Shown piece after piece: positions 28,844 to 39,427 of a DNA stretch of 64,000 nucleotides. The stretch comes from an uncultured Ignavibacteriales bacterium. Its GTDB lineage: Bacteria; Zixibacteria; MSB-5A5; GN15; FEB-12. The stretch spans positions 185,588 to 249,587 of the forward strand of contig CAYJOL010000004.1 in NCBI GenBank assembly GCA_964371785.1. Reading direction: 5' to 3'. The translations under genes were made by a program, and so were the position numbers. A model generated the notes under the pieces. The model saw only the letters and a program-made list of their open reading frames with translations. It made no database searches and was not told the DNA's origin. Position 1 is the first letter of the stretch, and every line of letters begins with the position of its first letter.

Positions 28844-30043
28844 ATGAGTGAACAAGGCAATCTCCCTCCGACCATCGATAACCGCCCGATGTTTATCTAC
28901 TTGGCGGTCCTCACGATGGCCTCTACACTCGGTCTTCAGGGATGGCGAACCCTGTTCGACAATTTCTCGGTCCGAGTCATCGGCCTGCAGGGTGACCAGA
29001 TCGGAGTCATTCAATCGATTCGAGAGGTCCCCGGTTTTCTCTCCCTGCTGGTGATTTATGTCATGTTTCTGCTGAAGGAGCACCGCGTCGCCTCCCTCTC
29101 CATCATGACCATGGGCGTGGGGATCGGCCTGACCGGATATTTCCCCAGCTATGTCGGGTTGATTGGCACCACTTTCATCATGAGTGTCGGATTCCACTAT
29201 TTCGACACGGCCAACCAGTCGCTGACCCTGCAGTACTTCGACCGAAAACAATCCCCCGTCGTGCTGGGACGGTTGCGGAGTATCTCCGCTGCGTCGAATA
29301 TCGCCGCAGGCATTCTCATTTTTGTCCTCACCCCGGTCTTATCGTTCTCGCAACTGTTTCTTGTGCTCGGCGGAATTATATTCGCCTCGGGTCTTTGGAG
29401 TTTCACGCGTCAACCCACCGACAAAAACATTGTCCCTCAACGACGAAAGATGATTATTCGAAAACGATACTGGCTCTATTACTTCCTGACCTTCATGGCC
29501 GGCGCCCGTCGTCAGATAATTGTAGCTTTCGCCATCTACCTGCTCGTGCGCAAATTCGACTACAGCGTGCAGGAGATCACTATTCTCTTCTTGGTCAACA
29601 ACGGTATCAACTATTTCCTGAGCCCGATGATCGGCCGGGCTATCTTGAAACTCGGGGAACGGCGCGTTCTCTCCCTTGAGTACTTCTCGCTCATCTTTAT
29701 TTTTGTCGCCTATGCTTACGTGGATTCAAAACTTGTGGTGGCGCTCCTGTATATCGCCGACCAGATCTTCTTCAACTTTGCCATTGCAATTCGGACCTTC
29801 TTCCAAAAAATCGCGGACCCACAGGATATCGCGCCCTCGACAGCAGTCGGATTCACAATTAACCATATCGGCGCGGTGATCTTTCCACTGGTCGGGGGTC
29901 TGCTCTGGATGGTCGATTACCGGATTCCTTTCATTGCCGCCGCCGTCATGAGTATAATATCGCTGGTGGCCGCCCAGATGATCACCGGACAGGTCCGCCG
30001 CGCTTTGGTTCGGGAGCAGGCACAGGCGGAATCACTCCCGTAA
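28844..30043 (+). CDS. MFS-type transporter (about 12 TMS), substrate unknown
   Basis: About 399 aa and polytopic, with two six-helix halves separated by a basic loop (QRRKMIIRKRYW). The start is uncertain: GTG 28817 in the track, ATG 28844 preferred. Confidence 0.55.
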   Translation: MSEQGNLPPTIDNRPMFIYLAVLTMASTLGLQGWRTLFDNFSVRVIGLQGDQIGVIQSIREVPGFLSLLVIYVMFLLKEHRVASLSIMTMGVGIGLTGYFPSYVGLIGTTFIMSVGFHYFDTANQSLTLQYFDRKQSPVVLGRLRSISAASNIAAGILIFVLTPVLSFSQLFLVLGGIIFASGLWSFTRQPTDKNIVPQRRKMIIRKRYWLYYFLTFMAGARRQIIVAFAIYLLVRKFDYSVQEITILFLVNNGINYFLSPMIGRAILKLGERRVLSLEYFSLIFIFVAYAYVDSKLVVALLYIADQIFFNFAIAIRTFFQKIADPQDIAPSTAVGFTINHIGAVIFPLVGGLLWMVDYRIPFIAAAVMSIISLVAAQMITGQVRRALVREQAQAESLP

Positions 30044-30141
30044 CGAAAGATTGCCGCGTTCCTTGGTTCCGGTTTCATATTGCGTCCTGACCCTTGATTG
30101 CTCTATATTCCCTGGTAGAAATCAACCACATTATTCTGGCA

Positions 30142-30813
30142 ATGACTGATTATTATCAAAAGCATTTGAGCGGCGAGCGACTTCGCCGATGCTACGATCT
30201 CGCCCCACCCCGCATTCGACAGTACCTTCAGGCAGAAATCGAAGTTGTAGTCAGCCTGCTTGATCGGTCCTGCAATCTGCTGGAGCTCGGTTGCGGATAC
30301 GGAAGGGCGCTTCTGCCTCTGAGCGAGCATTTCGAATCGGTCACCGGTATCGATACTTCGACTGACAGCCTCTTCCTCGCCCGCAAGCTGACCGCCAACT
30401 TCGCCAACTGCTATCTTGCACCTATGGATGCAAGAAGGCTGGCTTTCGCCGACTGTTCATTTGACGCTGTCATCTGCATTCAGAACGGATTATCTGCATT
30501 TCATGTTGACCCAAAATTGCTGGTGCGGGAGGCGAAACGGGTCTGCCGTCACGGAGGAATCGTGGTCTTTACAAGCTATGCCGAGGGCATATGGAACGAC
30601 CGTCTGCATTGGTTCGAATTGCAGGCCCGCCAGAATCTGGTAGGCGAGATCGACTACGACCGGACCGGCGACGGCCAGATTGTCTGCAAAGACGGCTTTA
30701 CCGCAACCACCTTCTCCCTTGCCGGATTCCGCCAGCTCATCGAAGAACTCGATTTGCACGCTGATATCTTTGAATATGACAATTCCGTGGTCGTGTGCAA
30801 AATCGGTCTATGA
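30142..30813 (+). CDS. Class I SAM-dependent methyltransferase
   Basis: Motif I is LLELGCGYGR, with an acidic post-I residue (TGIDTS) and motif II AVICIQNG. The start is taken at ATG 30142 (MTDYYQKHL). Confidence 0.75.
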   Translation: MTDYYQKHLSGERLRRCYDLAPPRIRQYLQAEIEVVVSLLDRSCNLLELGCGYGRALLPLSEHFESVTGIDTSTDSLFLARKLTANFANCYLAPMDARRLAFADCSFDAVICIQNGLSAFHVDPKLLVREAKRVCRHGGIVVFTSYAEGIWNDRLHWFELQARQNLVGEIDYDRTGDGQIVCKDGFTATTFSLAGFRQLIEELDLHADIFEYDNSVVVCKIGL

Positions 30814-30893
30814 TCGCATTCAAATGTGATTGACACGTCCCTCTGACCAGATTAGTATACAGACAAAGATCAAACTTCGAATGTGAGGATGCA

Positions 30894-31403
30894 ATGGTGG
30901 CAAAATCGGCTGATCTCGGAATCAAACTGCTGCTTGAACTGATCGATCAAGCCTATGACAAGAGCGCGTGGCACGGCACCAACCTTCGCGGCTCCCTGCG
31001 CGGACTGAGCCCGGAACAACTCCTCTGGCGTCCGGGCAAGGGACGGCACAATATCTGGGAAGTCATGCTGCACACGGCCTATTGGAAGTACATAGTCGTC
31101 CGGCGCTTGACTGATGGCTCCAAAGGTGAATTCGAGCGCTCACCCAGCAATTGGCCGGAAATTCCGGACAAGTGCGACACCGCAACTTGGAAGAAAGATA
31201 GCGGCCTGCTGACGAAATATCACAAACTGCTGCACGATGCGGTGGCGAGTTTCCCAGCCGATAGGCTTTTCATCGTTCCGCCGAAAGCCAAGCGGACTTA
31301 CGCGCAGTATATATATGGAATCGCGTCACACGACCTGTACCACGCCGGACAAATCCAGTTGCTCAAACGTTTGCAGAAGTCGACCGGACAAAAATCAGCC
31401 TGA
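30894..31403 (+). CDS. DinB-superfamily (DinB_2-like) metal-dependent four-helix-bundle protein
   Basis: WHGTNLRGSLRGLSPEQLLWRP...HNIWEVMLHTAYWK...HDLYHAGQIQLLKR. The spaced His residues and overall pattern are typical of DinB/YfiT-like proteins. Confidence 0.65.
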   Translation: MVAKSADLGIKLLLELIDQAYDKSAWHGTNLRGSLRGLSPEQLLWRPGKGRHNIWEVMLHTAYWKYIVVRRLTDGSKGEFERSPSNWPEIPDKCDTATWKKDSGLLTKYHKLLHDAVASFPADRLFIVPPKAKRTYAQYIYGIASHDLYHAGQIQLLKRLQKSTGQKSA

Positions 31404-32066
31404 CGCCTGACTCCCGATCTCGGCAATCTGTTCGGATTCATAAACGTGAACCCCCGCGGACACTTGTAGTGAGACGGCGAACATCGCCGAGGCGACTACT
31501 CGGGCATGAATCGGCCGATATCGTTTGAGCCCCCCGACCATAAGCGGCGCAAGCGCAGTCATGACCGCTGTACTTACTCTCTCACCGGCCCGATATTCGG
31601 TTCTGTCATCCAGCAGAAGTGAAGGACGAAAAATCGATATTGAATCTATTTTACATCGGCTTATCACCTGCTCGGTCTCGCCTTTCACACGACTGTAAAA
31701 AACCCGGGACTCCGGATTCGCTCCGATCGAGCTGATCAGCAAAAAACGCGGTACACCGGCTTGTTCACATGCCCGGGCCAAATAGCTGACATACTCACGA
31801 TCCACCATGCGGAACATCGCCTGACTCCCGGCTTTCTTGATGGTTGTTCCCAGACAACAAAAGCAAGCCGATACAGACTGATTAAACAAATCGTGAGGCA
31901 GATGGGAATAATCAACGACTCTCTGCATGAGCTTGGCGTGATCTACCGAGAGCTTCGTTCGTCCAATCGACGTTACATGGTCATACTGTCCTGAATCCAA
32001 AAGGATCTTGAGCAGATACCCGCCCGTCAATCCACTTGCTCCGGCGATTAAGGCCTGTGCTGACAT
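31395..32066 (-). CDS. NAD(P)H-binding atypical SDR-like oxidoreductase
   Basis: An N-terminal Rossmann motif IAGASGLTGGYLL (GxxGxxG) in a 223-aa protein. Its 3' end overlaps the convergent DinB gene by 9 nt. Confidence 0.6.
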   Translation of the reverse strand: MSAQALIAGASGLTGGYLLKILLDSGQYDHVTSIGRTKLSVDHAKLMQRVVDYSHLPHDLFNQSVSACFCCLGTTIKKAGSQAMFRMVDREYVSYLARACEQAGVPRFLLISSIGANPESRVFYSRVKGETEQVISRCKIDSISIFRPSLLLDDRTEYRAGERVSTAVMTALAPLMVGGLKRYRPIHARVVASAMFAVSLQVSAGVHVYESEQIAEIGSQASG

Positions 32067-32163
32067 GATTCACCCATCGGATAAAAGAGTTCTATGCTGC
32101 CGTTACATCAAGTATACACTTTGGGCTGGACAAAAAAAAGACAAATGAAGAGCTTGGATTAGC

Positions 32164-33846
32164 TTAACGGAGAGTGTTGAACTCTGACTGGCCGAGCCGG
32201 TCCAGCAGGTGGCACCCCTCGATGAGAATAGAATCGATACTCCGGTCGTTGTTGGGTTCCGGCAGGTCATCGCGGCTTATCGGATCAACACTCCAGATTC
32301 CCGCCTTCCAGGTAAGACCATCGTACACCGCTTCGGCGCCATACTTGTCGTCGCAGGCGGCATAAGTCAATTTCCCGTGATCGAGAAACATGGTCAGGTG
32401 TTTGCCTGAACCCGTGACACTGATGCGGACTGTCTTGTCTCCCGGTCCCATCGCCTGCAGCAGGTCGATCACATTCATATCTTTGAGCGTCCCATGTGTG
32501 CCCATGTCATGGAGGGTCTGTATCCGTTCTCCCTTTTCCTTTTCCAACCGTGATCTCATGCGATTGAGTTTGATCACCAGCGACTGCCACTCCGGATCGA
32601 TCGGTACGATATCTTCCACGCCTCGGGTGAGCAGCCAGTTGAGATTGGCGACTGTAGTGAAATCGGTAAGTATGTACGTAGGAACCCTGTCCATGACATA
32701 ACCGTTGGCCGCCAGCTCACCGATCATCGCCGCCACCTCATCCGCGTTCCCATGCCTGCATAGCAGAACGATATCGGCCCCCTCACGTTTGAAGTGTTTG
32801 GCACAGTCCTGAATTGTTTCAGACTGGTGCACCACAAACAGATTTGTCTCCAATTTGTGTTTCAGGCGCGATGATTCCGCGCCCACCGGCGCGTGCAGAA
32901 GTAACCGTGAGCGGGAATTGGCTTCACCGATCGGAATCGGCATAGTTTTGCCGAACCCGCCGCCGGCCGGTATCGTTTGGGGTTCGGCCTCGTGCTCATC
33001 CACCAGAACGAATTCGCTGATCCCGGTGAAAAATCGCACATTCGCCCGCGGTGCGCGGTCCCTCAGTTGGAGAAGCAGATCCACGGCGAGGTCACTGAAG
33101 TTCGAATGAATGAACACATGGGTGAAGCGGAGCTTTTCGCAGTACTGCAGGCCCACCTGGGGGTCGCTCACAATGCGCACGGCACAGTTGTCGTGGCGCA
33201 GTGACTGGGCCAGATACTTCACCATCGCCCCTTCCGGAGCAAGTATCAGCACCCTGGTCGGCAGAGTCGACTCCGACAGCGACCATAGCGACTCCTCAAG
33301 GTCAATTGCCGGTACCGGCGCTTTGCCCGTCGATGCAGAAGCTGTGAGCATCTGATCGCTCAGGCTATCGTCGAAATCTTCCGATTCCCGGCTATCCGAA
33401 CTCTCGCCGCCGACACACGATTCACGGTAGTATGTCAACAGACTGCACTTCAGATCCGTCTCAAGCGCCACGCAGTATTTGATGTCACTTCCGGGCAAAA
33501 GGGAATCCAATTCTGCTTTTAGCGACGGGTCTTTGGGATTGGCGCAGGCGAGCGTCAGGCAACCGGATTGTTCGTCATAGGCCAGGGGAATAACTTTAAG
33601 CCGCCAGGCCTCGGAAGCCGGTAGTTTACCAAGCGCCGTCGAGTCAACTTCGGCCGTCCGCAAATCAATATCGGGACATCCCGACATATAGCTCAGCACC
33701 TGGAGCAATTCCACTCGGCCTGCATAGCCGAAGCGAAGCAGGTGGTCGGCAATACTCCCTCCGTACCTGCCTGCCGACGCAACCGCCTCCCTGAGCTCAT
33801 CCGGGGTGACTATATCTCTATATGATAATGGTCTTGTATCAACCAT
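32164..33846 (-). CDS. Multidomain signalling protein: T2SSE_N/MshEN-like N-domain, two receiver-like domains lacking the usual acidic pocket, and a C-terminal DUF4388 (PATAN) domain
   Basis: The N-terminus SIADHLLRFGYAGRVELLQVLSYMSGCP...LPASEAWRLKVIPLAYDE...LTLACANPKD resembles GspE/MshE N-domains. The blocks VLILAPEG...HVFIHSNFSD and LLLHAPVG...IVLLCRHGNAD resemble CheY-like folds without the DD/D triad. The C-terminus GTLKDMNVIDLLQAMGPGDKTVRISVT...LDHGKLTYA is DUF4388-like. Confidence 0.55.
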   Translation of the reverse strand: MVDTRPLSYRDIVTPDELREAVASAGRYGGSIADHLLRFGYAGRVELLQVLSYMSGCPDIDLRTAEVDSTALGKLPASEAWRLKVIPLAYDEQSGCLTLACANPKDPSLKAELDSLLPGSDIKYCVALETDLKCSLLTYYRESCVGGESSDSRESEDFDDSLSDQMLTASASTGKAPVPAIDLEESLWSLSESTLPTRVLILAPEGAMVKYLAQSLRHDNCAVRIVSDPQVGLQYCEKLRFTHVFIHSNFSDLAVDLLLQLRDRAPRANVRFFTGISEFVLVDEHEAEPQTIPAGGGFGKTMPIPIGEANSRSRLLLHAPVGAESSRLKHKLETNLFVVHQSETIQDCAKHFKREGADIVLLCRHGNADEVAAMIGELAANGYVMDRVPTYILTDFTTVANLNWLLTRGVEDIVPIDPEWQSLVIKLNRMRSRLEKEKGERIQTLHDMGTHGTLKDMNVIDLLQAMGPGDKTVRISVTGSGKHLTMFLDHGKLTYAACDDKYGAEAVYDGLTWKAGIWSVDPISRDDLPEPNNDRSIDSILIEGCHLLDRLGQSEFNTLR

Positions 33847-34130
33847 GGTTCGTTTGGGCAGTCCGCTCCACTTGCCCCGCTCAATTGGCAGGGTGTACGA
33901 AAACTGAGAAGACTTTCTTCGACACCTGCACGGGGTATATTTGGTTTTCGAGCACTATTTTCTTATTTAATCGGCTTATTTGCAAATTTGTTGACGGGAG
34001 GAAATCGGGAAATTGGACCAGGAAGCCTTACTTCTTTTTAGCTATTGTGACACAACGACTTACGCCGTCGTCTCGGATCATTCAAGACAGACGTTCGGCG
34101 ATGATACAGACAGGGAAAATCTGAGCGTTT

Positions 34131-37100
34131 TCATTTAAAATCTCTGGATTTAAAAGCTATTTGCTTGTCATCCAGATGGAGCGGGTAAAATCTCTCCCCC
34201 ATGACATTGATGACGCCATCTTTCTTTTCCAGCGTTCCCTGGACCAACAAAGCGGAGGATCCGATAAGTTCCACTCGATACTGTTTAGCCAGATTAGGCC
34301 TGACGATTATATTGGCAAACCCAGTCTCATCTTCAAGCGTGATAAACATAAATCCTTTGGCTGTCCCCGGTCGTTGGCGAATTACTACTACCCCGGCGAT
34401 TAGCACCGATGCCTGGTTTGTCTTATCTAGAAGATCGGCAGCGGAGCTGATTCCGCGCTGAGCCAGATTCTCACGCACTACCGACATCGGATGTGGGCCG
34501 GTCGACAAATCCAATCCCCTGAAATCGGCCGCTACTGTCTCAAAAATTCCCATCTCCGGCAGAAGTTCCCTGCCGGTATCGTCCTGTGCGAATTTCATCT
34601 CCAGTTCACCCCTTTTTCGAATCGCCAGCATCTCCCAGAGCGCTTCGCGTCGCTTCAACCCAAAGCAATCAAATGCTCCCACCATCGCAAGCTGCTCCAA
34701 AGAGTCCTTGTCAAGGTTGGTCCGGTAGACAAAATCCTCAAGCGAAGCAAAAGGACCTTTGCCTAATTCACGTTCCAGTATTTCTTTTGAAGTCGGTCCA
34801 AGTTTTTTTACATACCTGAATCCCAATCTGATAGCATCGCCTGCTGTTGCACAATCCCAGTTGCTTTTCAGCACGTCTACCGGCAATACCTTGATTCCCC
34901 GCCTCTGTGCTTCGTAGATAATAGTCGCGGGCGTATAAAATCCCATCGGTTGGGCGTTCAACAACGAACAATAAAATTCCAGCGGGTAATACACTTTGAA
35001 AAACGCCGAGACGTACACAAGCAGCGCGAAGGAGGCCGCGTGTGACTCGGCGAATCCAAAATCTGCGAACGACGCCAGCTGCAGAAAAATCTTTTCCGCA
35101 GCCTCCCTGCTGTACCCGTTTTTGAGCATACCGTCGATAAGCGCCATACTGAGCGCATCGATCTTCTCCCGCGACCGCTTATGCCCCATGGATCGCCTGA
35201 GCTCATCCGCCTGGCTCGCCGAGAACCCCGCCGCAGTAATGGCCACCCGCATTCCCTGTTCCTGAAACAAGGGAACACCGAGAGTTCTTTTCAAAATCGG
35301 CTCCAGGGATGGATGCGGGTAGGTTACTTTTTCTTCACCATTGCGCCTTCGAAGATACGGGTGGACCATGTCGCCCTGGATCGGTCCCGGGCGAATCAAC
35401 GCCACCTCGACCACAAGGTCATAGAACTTGCGGGGCTTATGTCTCGGCAGAGTGTTCATTTGCGCCCGTGATTCTACCTGAAAGACGCCGACTGTATCTG
35501 CCCGGCACATGAGTTCGTACACTCGCGGATCATCATAAGACAGTCTTGCCGGATCGATAACAACGCCATGATTCGTCTTGACTAAGCATATAGCCATATC
35601 GATGAGTGTGAGCATGCCCAGACCGAGCAGGTCGATTTTGGCCATCCCGATATCCCCCGCATCATCCTTGTCCCATTGAATCACGCTCCTGTCCGGCATG
35701 GTGGCGTTTTCGATCGGGACCAGCTCAGAGAGCGGACGACGAGTAATAATCATGCCGCCGACATGAATTCCCAGGTGCCTCGGGAAGCCTTGTATCTGTT
35801 CGCATAACTCGGTGAGCAACTGTACCCTCCGGTCGGAGCGATTCAGCCGGGCATCCTGAAGGCGCTGCGGGATCTCCTCGCCCCGGGAATAGTAATCCAT
35901 AATTTTGGACATCTTGTTTACATCATCCTGGGAAAACCCGAGCGCTTTGCCCACATCGCGAACCGATGACCTCCCGCGGTATGAGATCACCTCACAGACC
36001 ATTGCGGCATGTTCACGACCGTATTTCTCGTACACATATTGAATGACTTCCTCCCGGCGAGTATGGGCGATATCGATATCGATATCCGGCGGATCCGTTC
36101 GCTCTTCTGAAATAAACCGCTCGAATAGCAGGTCAAGTTTGATTGGATCCACCGCCGTTATCGCCAGGCAATAACAGACCGCGGAGTTGGCCGCCGAACC
36201 TCTCCCCTGGCAGAGAATCCCTCGCTCCCGGCAAAATCGAACAATGTCCCAGACAATGAGAAAATACCCTGAAAAATCCAACCGATGTATCAAGTCCAAT
36301 TCATGTTCAAGCTGCTTTATCACACGTGCTGTTAATTCGCCGTAGCGCTCCCGGGCGCCTTCGTAGGTAAGTTTGTGAAGGTAGCTGTATGATGTTTCAT
36401 CAGGAGGAAGCGCGAAGTCCGGCAACGAAGTATTCAACTCGTTCATATCAAGATCACACAGCTCGGCGATGTGCACGGAAGTATAGAGCGATTCAGGACA
36501 GGCTGAGAATCTTTTCTTCATCTGCGCGAACGATTTCAGATACCGCTCACCGTTTGGATACAACAGCTCCGCCGCTTCATCGAGATTGGTGCGATTTCTG
36601 ATGCAAGTCAATAGATCCTGGAGTTTCCGGCGGTCCCTGGTAGCATAGTAGACATTATTGGTTGCTACGGTAGAAATACCCAGTCGCTTACCGAGTTCGA
36701 CGAGACGGGCACAAAGAAAATCGTGCACGGGGAGATTGTGATGCACCAGTTCAAAGTAAAAGCTCCGTGAACCGAATATTTCGGCATATAATGCCGCCTG
36801 TTTACGCGCATTTTCGATTTCGCCGTCTATCAACAGCTGATCAAACATCGTGCCGGAAAGCGCGAACAACCCTTCGCTATACTCGGCTATAAGATTCCGC
36901 GTCACTCTTGCCTGTCCCTTAGTCCCCGCCAGTTGAGCTTTTGAGATCAACCGGCTGAGATTTGCGTACCCATGCTTGTTCTTTGCCAGAACAACCAGTA
37001 CGCGTTTATCTTCAAGCACAAGTTCCGCACCGAATATCGGGTGGATCTTCGAGACTCGACAGGCTTCGTTGAATCGTACCGCCCCGTATAATCCGTTCTG

Positions 37101-37268
37101 ATCGGTTAGCGCCAACGCGTTATATCTGAGTTCGACCGCCCGCTTCACCAGTTCCTCCGGATGACTCGCCCCCTGCAAAAACGAGAAATTCGAGTGGCAA
37201 TGTAACTCGACATACCCTTCTTGAGTTTTTCCTGTACGTTTCAATCGAACACCCCCTGCAGGTACCAT
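34131..37268 (-). CDS. dnaE2: Error-prone DNA polymerase III alpha homologue DnaE2 (ImuC)
   Basis: 1045 aa. It has the N-terminal PHP domain YVELHCHSNFSFLQGASHPEELV, a Pol IIIa core and a C-terminal OB region. The size (~1,050 aa rather than ~1,160) and its position after imuA-imuB are typical of DnaE2. Confidence 0.9.
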   Translation of the reverse strand: MVPAGGVRLKRTGKTQEGYVELHCHSNFSFLQGASHPEELVKRAVELRYNALALTDQNGLYGAVRFNEACRVSKIHPIFGAELVLEDKRVLVVLAKNKHGYANLSRLISKAQLAGTKGQARVTRNLIAEYSEGLFALSGTMFDQLLIDGEIENARKQAALYAEIFGSRSFYFELVHHNLPVHDFLCARLVELGKRLGISTVATNNVYYATRDRRKLQDLLTCIRNRTNLDEAAELLYPNGERYLKSFAQMKKRFSACPESLYTSVHIAELCDLDMNELNTSLPDFALPPDETSYSYLHKLTYEGARERYGELTARVIKQLEHELDLIHRLDFSGYFLIVWDIVRFCRERGILCQGRGSAANSAVCYCLAITAVDPIKLDLLFERFISEERTDPPDIDIDIAHTRREEVIQYVYEKYGREHAAMVCEVISYRGRSSVRDVGKALGFSQDDVNKMSKIMDYYSRGEEIPQRLQDARLNRSDRRVQLLTELCEQIQGFPRHLGIHVGGMIITRRPLSELVPIENATMPDRSVIQWDKDDAGDIGMAKIDLLGLGMLTLIDMAICLVKTNHGVVIDPARLSYDDPRVYELMCRADTVGVFQVESRAQMNTLPRHKPRKFYDLVVEVALIRPGPIQGDMVHPYLRRRNGEEKVTYPHPSLEPILKRTLGVPLFQEQGMRVAITAAGFSASQADELRRSMGHKRSREKIDALSMALIDGMLKNGYSREAAEKIFLQLASFADFGFAESHAASFALLVYVSAFFKVYYPLEFYCSLLNAQPMGFYTPATIIYEAQRRGIKVLPVDVLKSNWDCATAGDAIRLGFRYVKKLGPTSKEILERELGKGPFASLEDFVYRTNLDKDSLEQLAMVGAFDCFGLKRREALWEMLAIRKRGELEMKFAQDDTGRELLPEMGIFETVAADFRGLDLSTGPHPMSVVRENLAQRGISSAADLLDKTNQASVLIAGVVVIRQRPGTAKGFMFITLEDETGFANIIVRPNLAKQYRVELIGSSALLVQGTLEKKDGVINVMGERFYPLHLDDKQIAFKSRDFK

Positions 37269-38764
37269 GCGGATCCTTCGAGGTCGTAAAATACAAGCAG
37301 CGATTGATGTTTAATCGTTTCGATATCATAATAAAGCCGTTCAAATCCTTTGCTCCACCACCCGCCGGACAACCGCCACGGTCCGCGTTGGTTAAGAATC
37401 GCATACCGTTTTCCTTTGATATGAACGGCCAGTAATCTTCCGTCCTGTGCTTCAATTGTCGATACTCTCGGTTCTGAGAGCAGACGCATCCCTGAAACCG
37501 GACGCGATGTATAATTTGCGAATTTTTCTTGAGCTACATTCTCCCCCGATTTACGTTTATTCTGTGGCGTGAGTGCCGCCAACGAATACCTGTCCTCGGG
37601 GAGACTCCTCGAAATAGGAGTAATCGCGTAAACCGCTTTTTCAAATAAATTCTGCATCATCCGCTCTGGTATCGGGCATCGGGAACCTGTTCGAGAATCC
37701 AGTTCAAGTTGTTCCGCCTTTAGCATGACCGATTCAGTCAATACCATTACTATTTCCGTAATTCCGCCCGTCAGATTTACCTGTTCAAAACAGACTTCTG
37801 CCTGACGATGAAATAAAACCGAAAGGGTAGTTGGATTATCCAATGAGACTGGCACTACTATCGAGGAGCCGTCACTGCAATAACAAATTACATTAATCGT
37901 TTTCCCCCCTTCCGATGTTTGTCGCAGTGGCTTAAGTAATTCTTCAAACATCTCTTTCAAATATTCATGCAAGATCGTCCGTGTTGTGATCGAAAACTCA
38001 AACGTAAAACGGGACATGCGGATGAATGATAATCGGGCCGGGAGGAATAGCGACAGATCCTCACCACGGGCATATCGAGCCAACGCGATCACTTCGTCAC
38101 CGAATCGGAAGGTAATCTCATGAGCGGGAAACCTGCCCAAATCCGCGATAGTTCGTATCCCGAGTTCATGAAGTTTCTTGACCGTGCCAACGGGTAATCG
38201 AAGTTGCGAAACATCAAGCGGGCCAAGAAATGCAACCTCTTCACCCGTGGGTACTATAATGCTATCACCTTCATGACAATGATGCGCCGCAATACCCGCA
38301 ATGAGCTTGTTACATCCGACACCTATCTGTATGGGATATGAGACCGGTTGAACAATCCTGAAAATTTCTGCGATGATCCCGGTTTCGCTTCCGTACAGCC
38401 TGGTCAAACCCGATGCTTTAAGGTAAAATATCCCATCTCCGGATGTCTCCACGCAGGGACCTACCTGCTGCAGGAGCTTGAGGATGCTTCGGGTGACCTG
38501 CTGTTCACGTTCGATATCTCGGATGAGTATCTTGAGTTCGGGACAATAGACGCCAGCCTGCGCAACGGTCATTTCCGTGGTTATTCGCTGGACTCGGGCA
38601 GGTTGGTTTATTGCGATTAGCTTCGATATCGCCTTGTTCGCTTCCGCAACCACCACAGGCTTATCCATAGGATATGCGCTATCGCGCACACATACCTGCA
38701 AGGGGAATTCAGGAATCAGGACACAGACAAGTCGTTCAGGATTCATACAGGGGGACCTCCGCAT
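37241..38764 (-). CDS. imuB: ImuB, Y-family polymerase-like protein without the catalytic carboxylates
   Basis: 507 aa. The N-terminus LVCVLIPEFPLQVCVRD replaces the DxD catalytic motif of active Y-family polymerases. It has a Y-family-like palm/thumb pattern and overlaps both neighbours (28-29 nt ORF overlaps). Confidence 0.8.
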   Translation of the reverse strand: MRRSPCMNPERLVCVLIPEFPLQVCVRDSAYPMDKPVVVAEANKAISKLIAINQPARVQRITTEMTVAQAGVYCPELKILIRDIEREQQVTRSILKLLQQVGPCVETSGDGIFYLKASGLTRLYGSETGIIAEIFRIVQPVSYPIQIGVGCNKLIAGIAAHHCHEGDSIIVPTGEEVAFLGPLDVSQLRLPVGTVKKLHELGIRTIADLGRFPAHEITFRFGDEVIALARYARGEDLSLFLPARLSFIRMSRFTFEFSITTRTILHEYLKEMFEELLKPLRQTSEGGKTINVICYCSDGSSIVVPVSLDNPTTLSVLFHRQAEVCFEQVNLTGGITEIVMVLTESVMLKAEQLELDSRTGSRCPIPERMMQNLFEKAVYAITPISRSLPEDRYSLAALTPQNKRKSGENVAQEKFANYTSRPVSGMRLLSEPRVSTIEAQDGRLLAVHIKGKRYAILNQRGPWRLSGGWWSKGFERLYYDIETIKHQSLLVFYDLEGSAWYLQGVFD

Positions 38765-39410
38765 GTTGCCCCTCTGATGATATCCTGCTTTTGCTCACGT
38801 TGACTATTATAGAGACGCCGTCTTTTTTGGAAATTTCAAATCTCATTGAAATCATACTGGGTGGAATGAGCGATGAATTATCTTCGGCTAAAAAGAAGAG
38901 CATCGAAGATGACCTGACGGTAAGCGTGCGCAATCGGTGAAATGCGGGAACCTCGATCGTCCCGCCTTGACCCACGAGGTCGATAACGATCGTTCCTGCA
39001 ATATGATATTTAAGTAAATGTTCTGCAGTCCTGAGCGCCTCGGAAAGACTCTTTGGCTTGACCACCAGAAGGTACTTCAGGTCCAAACCCGATGCGACCG
39101 CGGCGTCCGGATAAAACATATCACTGAGATCGACATAGGCCACCCGTCCTTGCTGAATCTCCCCCGCGAGCATGCGCATCAAAAGCGATGTCTTCCCGCT
39201 GGCCATCCCGCCGGTAACTTCTATCAACTGGCCGTACGGAATACACCCTGTCTTGAACATACGATCAATGCCGGGTATTCCGGATTTCCAACCGGTTACC
39301 TGACCTGAATTTGCATAGGATCGCAAATGAGCTTCGGGAAACCGGTCACGTAATTTCATCCGGATACTCTCAAGGGCGTCAGCAGAGCGGTTTGGTTCGA
39401 AAATATTCAT
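38736..39410 (-). CDS. imuA: ImuA-like RecA-fold protein of the imuA-imuB-dnaE2 cassette
   Basis: RecA/SulA-like P-loop segment GIPYGQLIEVTGGMASGKTSLLMRMLA, located first in the cassette. The start is set at ATG 39410 (224 aa). The track ORF extends to 39536 but would then contain the palindromic operator-like region. Confidence 0.6.
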   Translation of the reverse strand: MNIFEPNRSADALESIRMKLRDRFPEAHLRSYANSGQVTGWKSGIPGIDRMFKTGCIPYGQLIEVTGGMASGKTSLLMRMLAGEIQQGRVAYVDLSDMFYPDAAVASGLDLKYLLVVKPKSLSEALRTAEHLLKYHIAGTIVIDLVGQGGTIEVPAFHRLRTLTVRSSSMLFFLAEDNSSLIPPSMISMRFEISKKDGVSIIVNVSKSRISSEGQHAEVPLYES

Positions 39411-39427
39411 ACCTCTTCTATCGTAAC

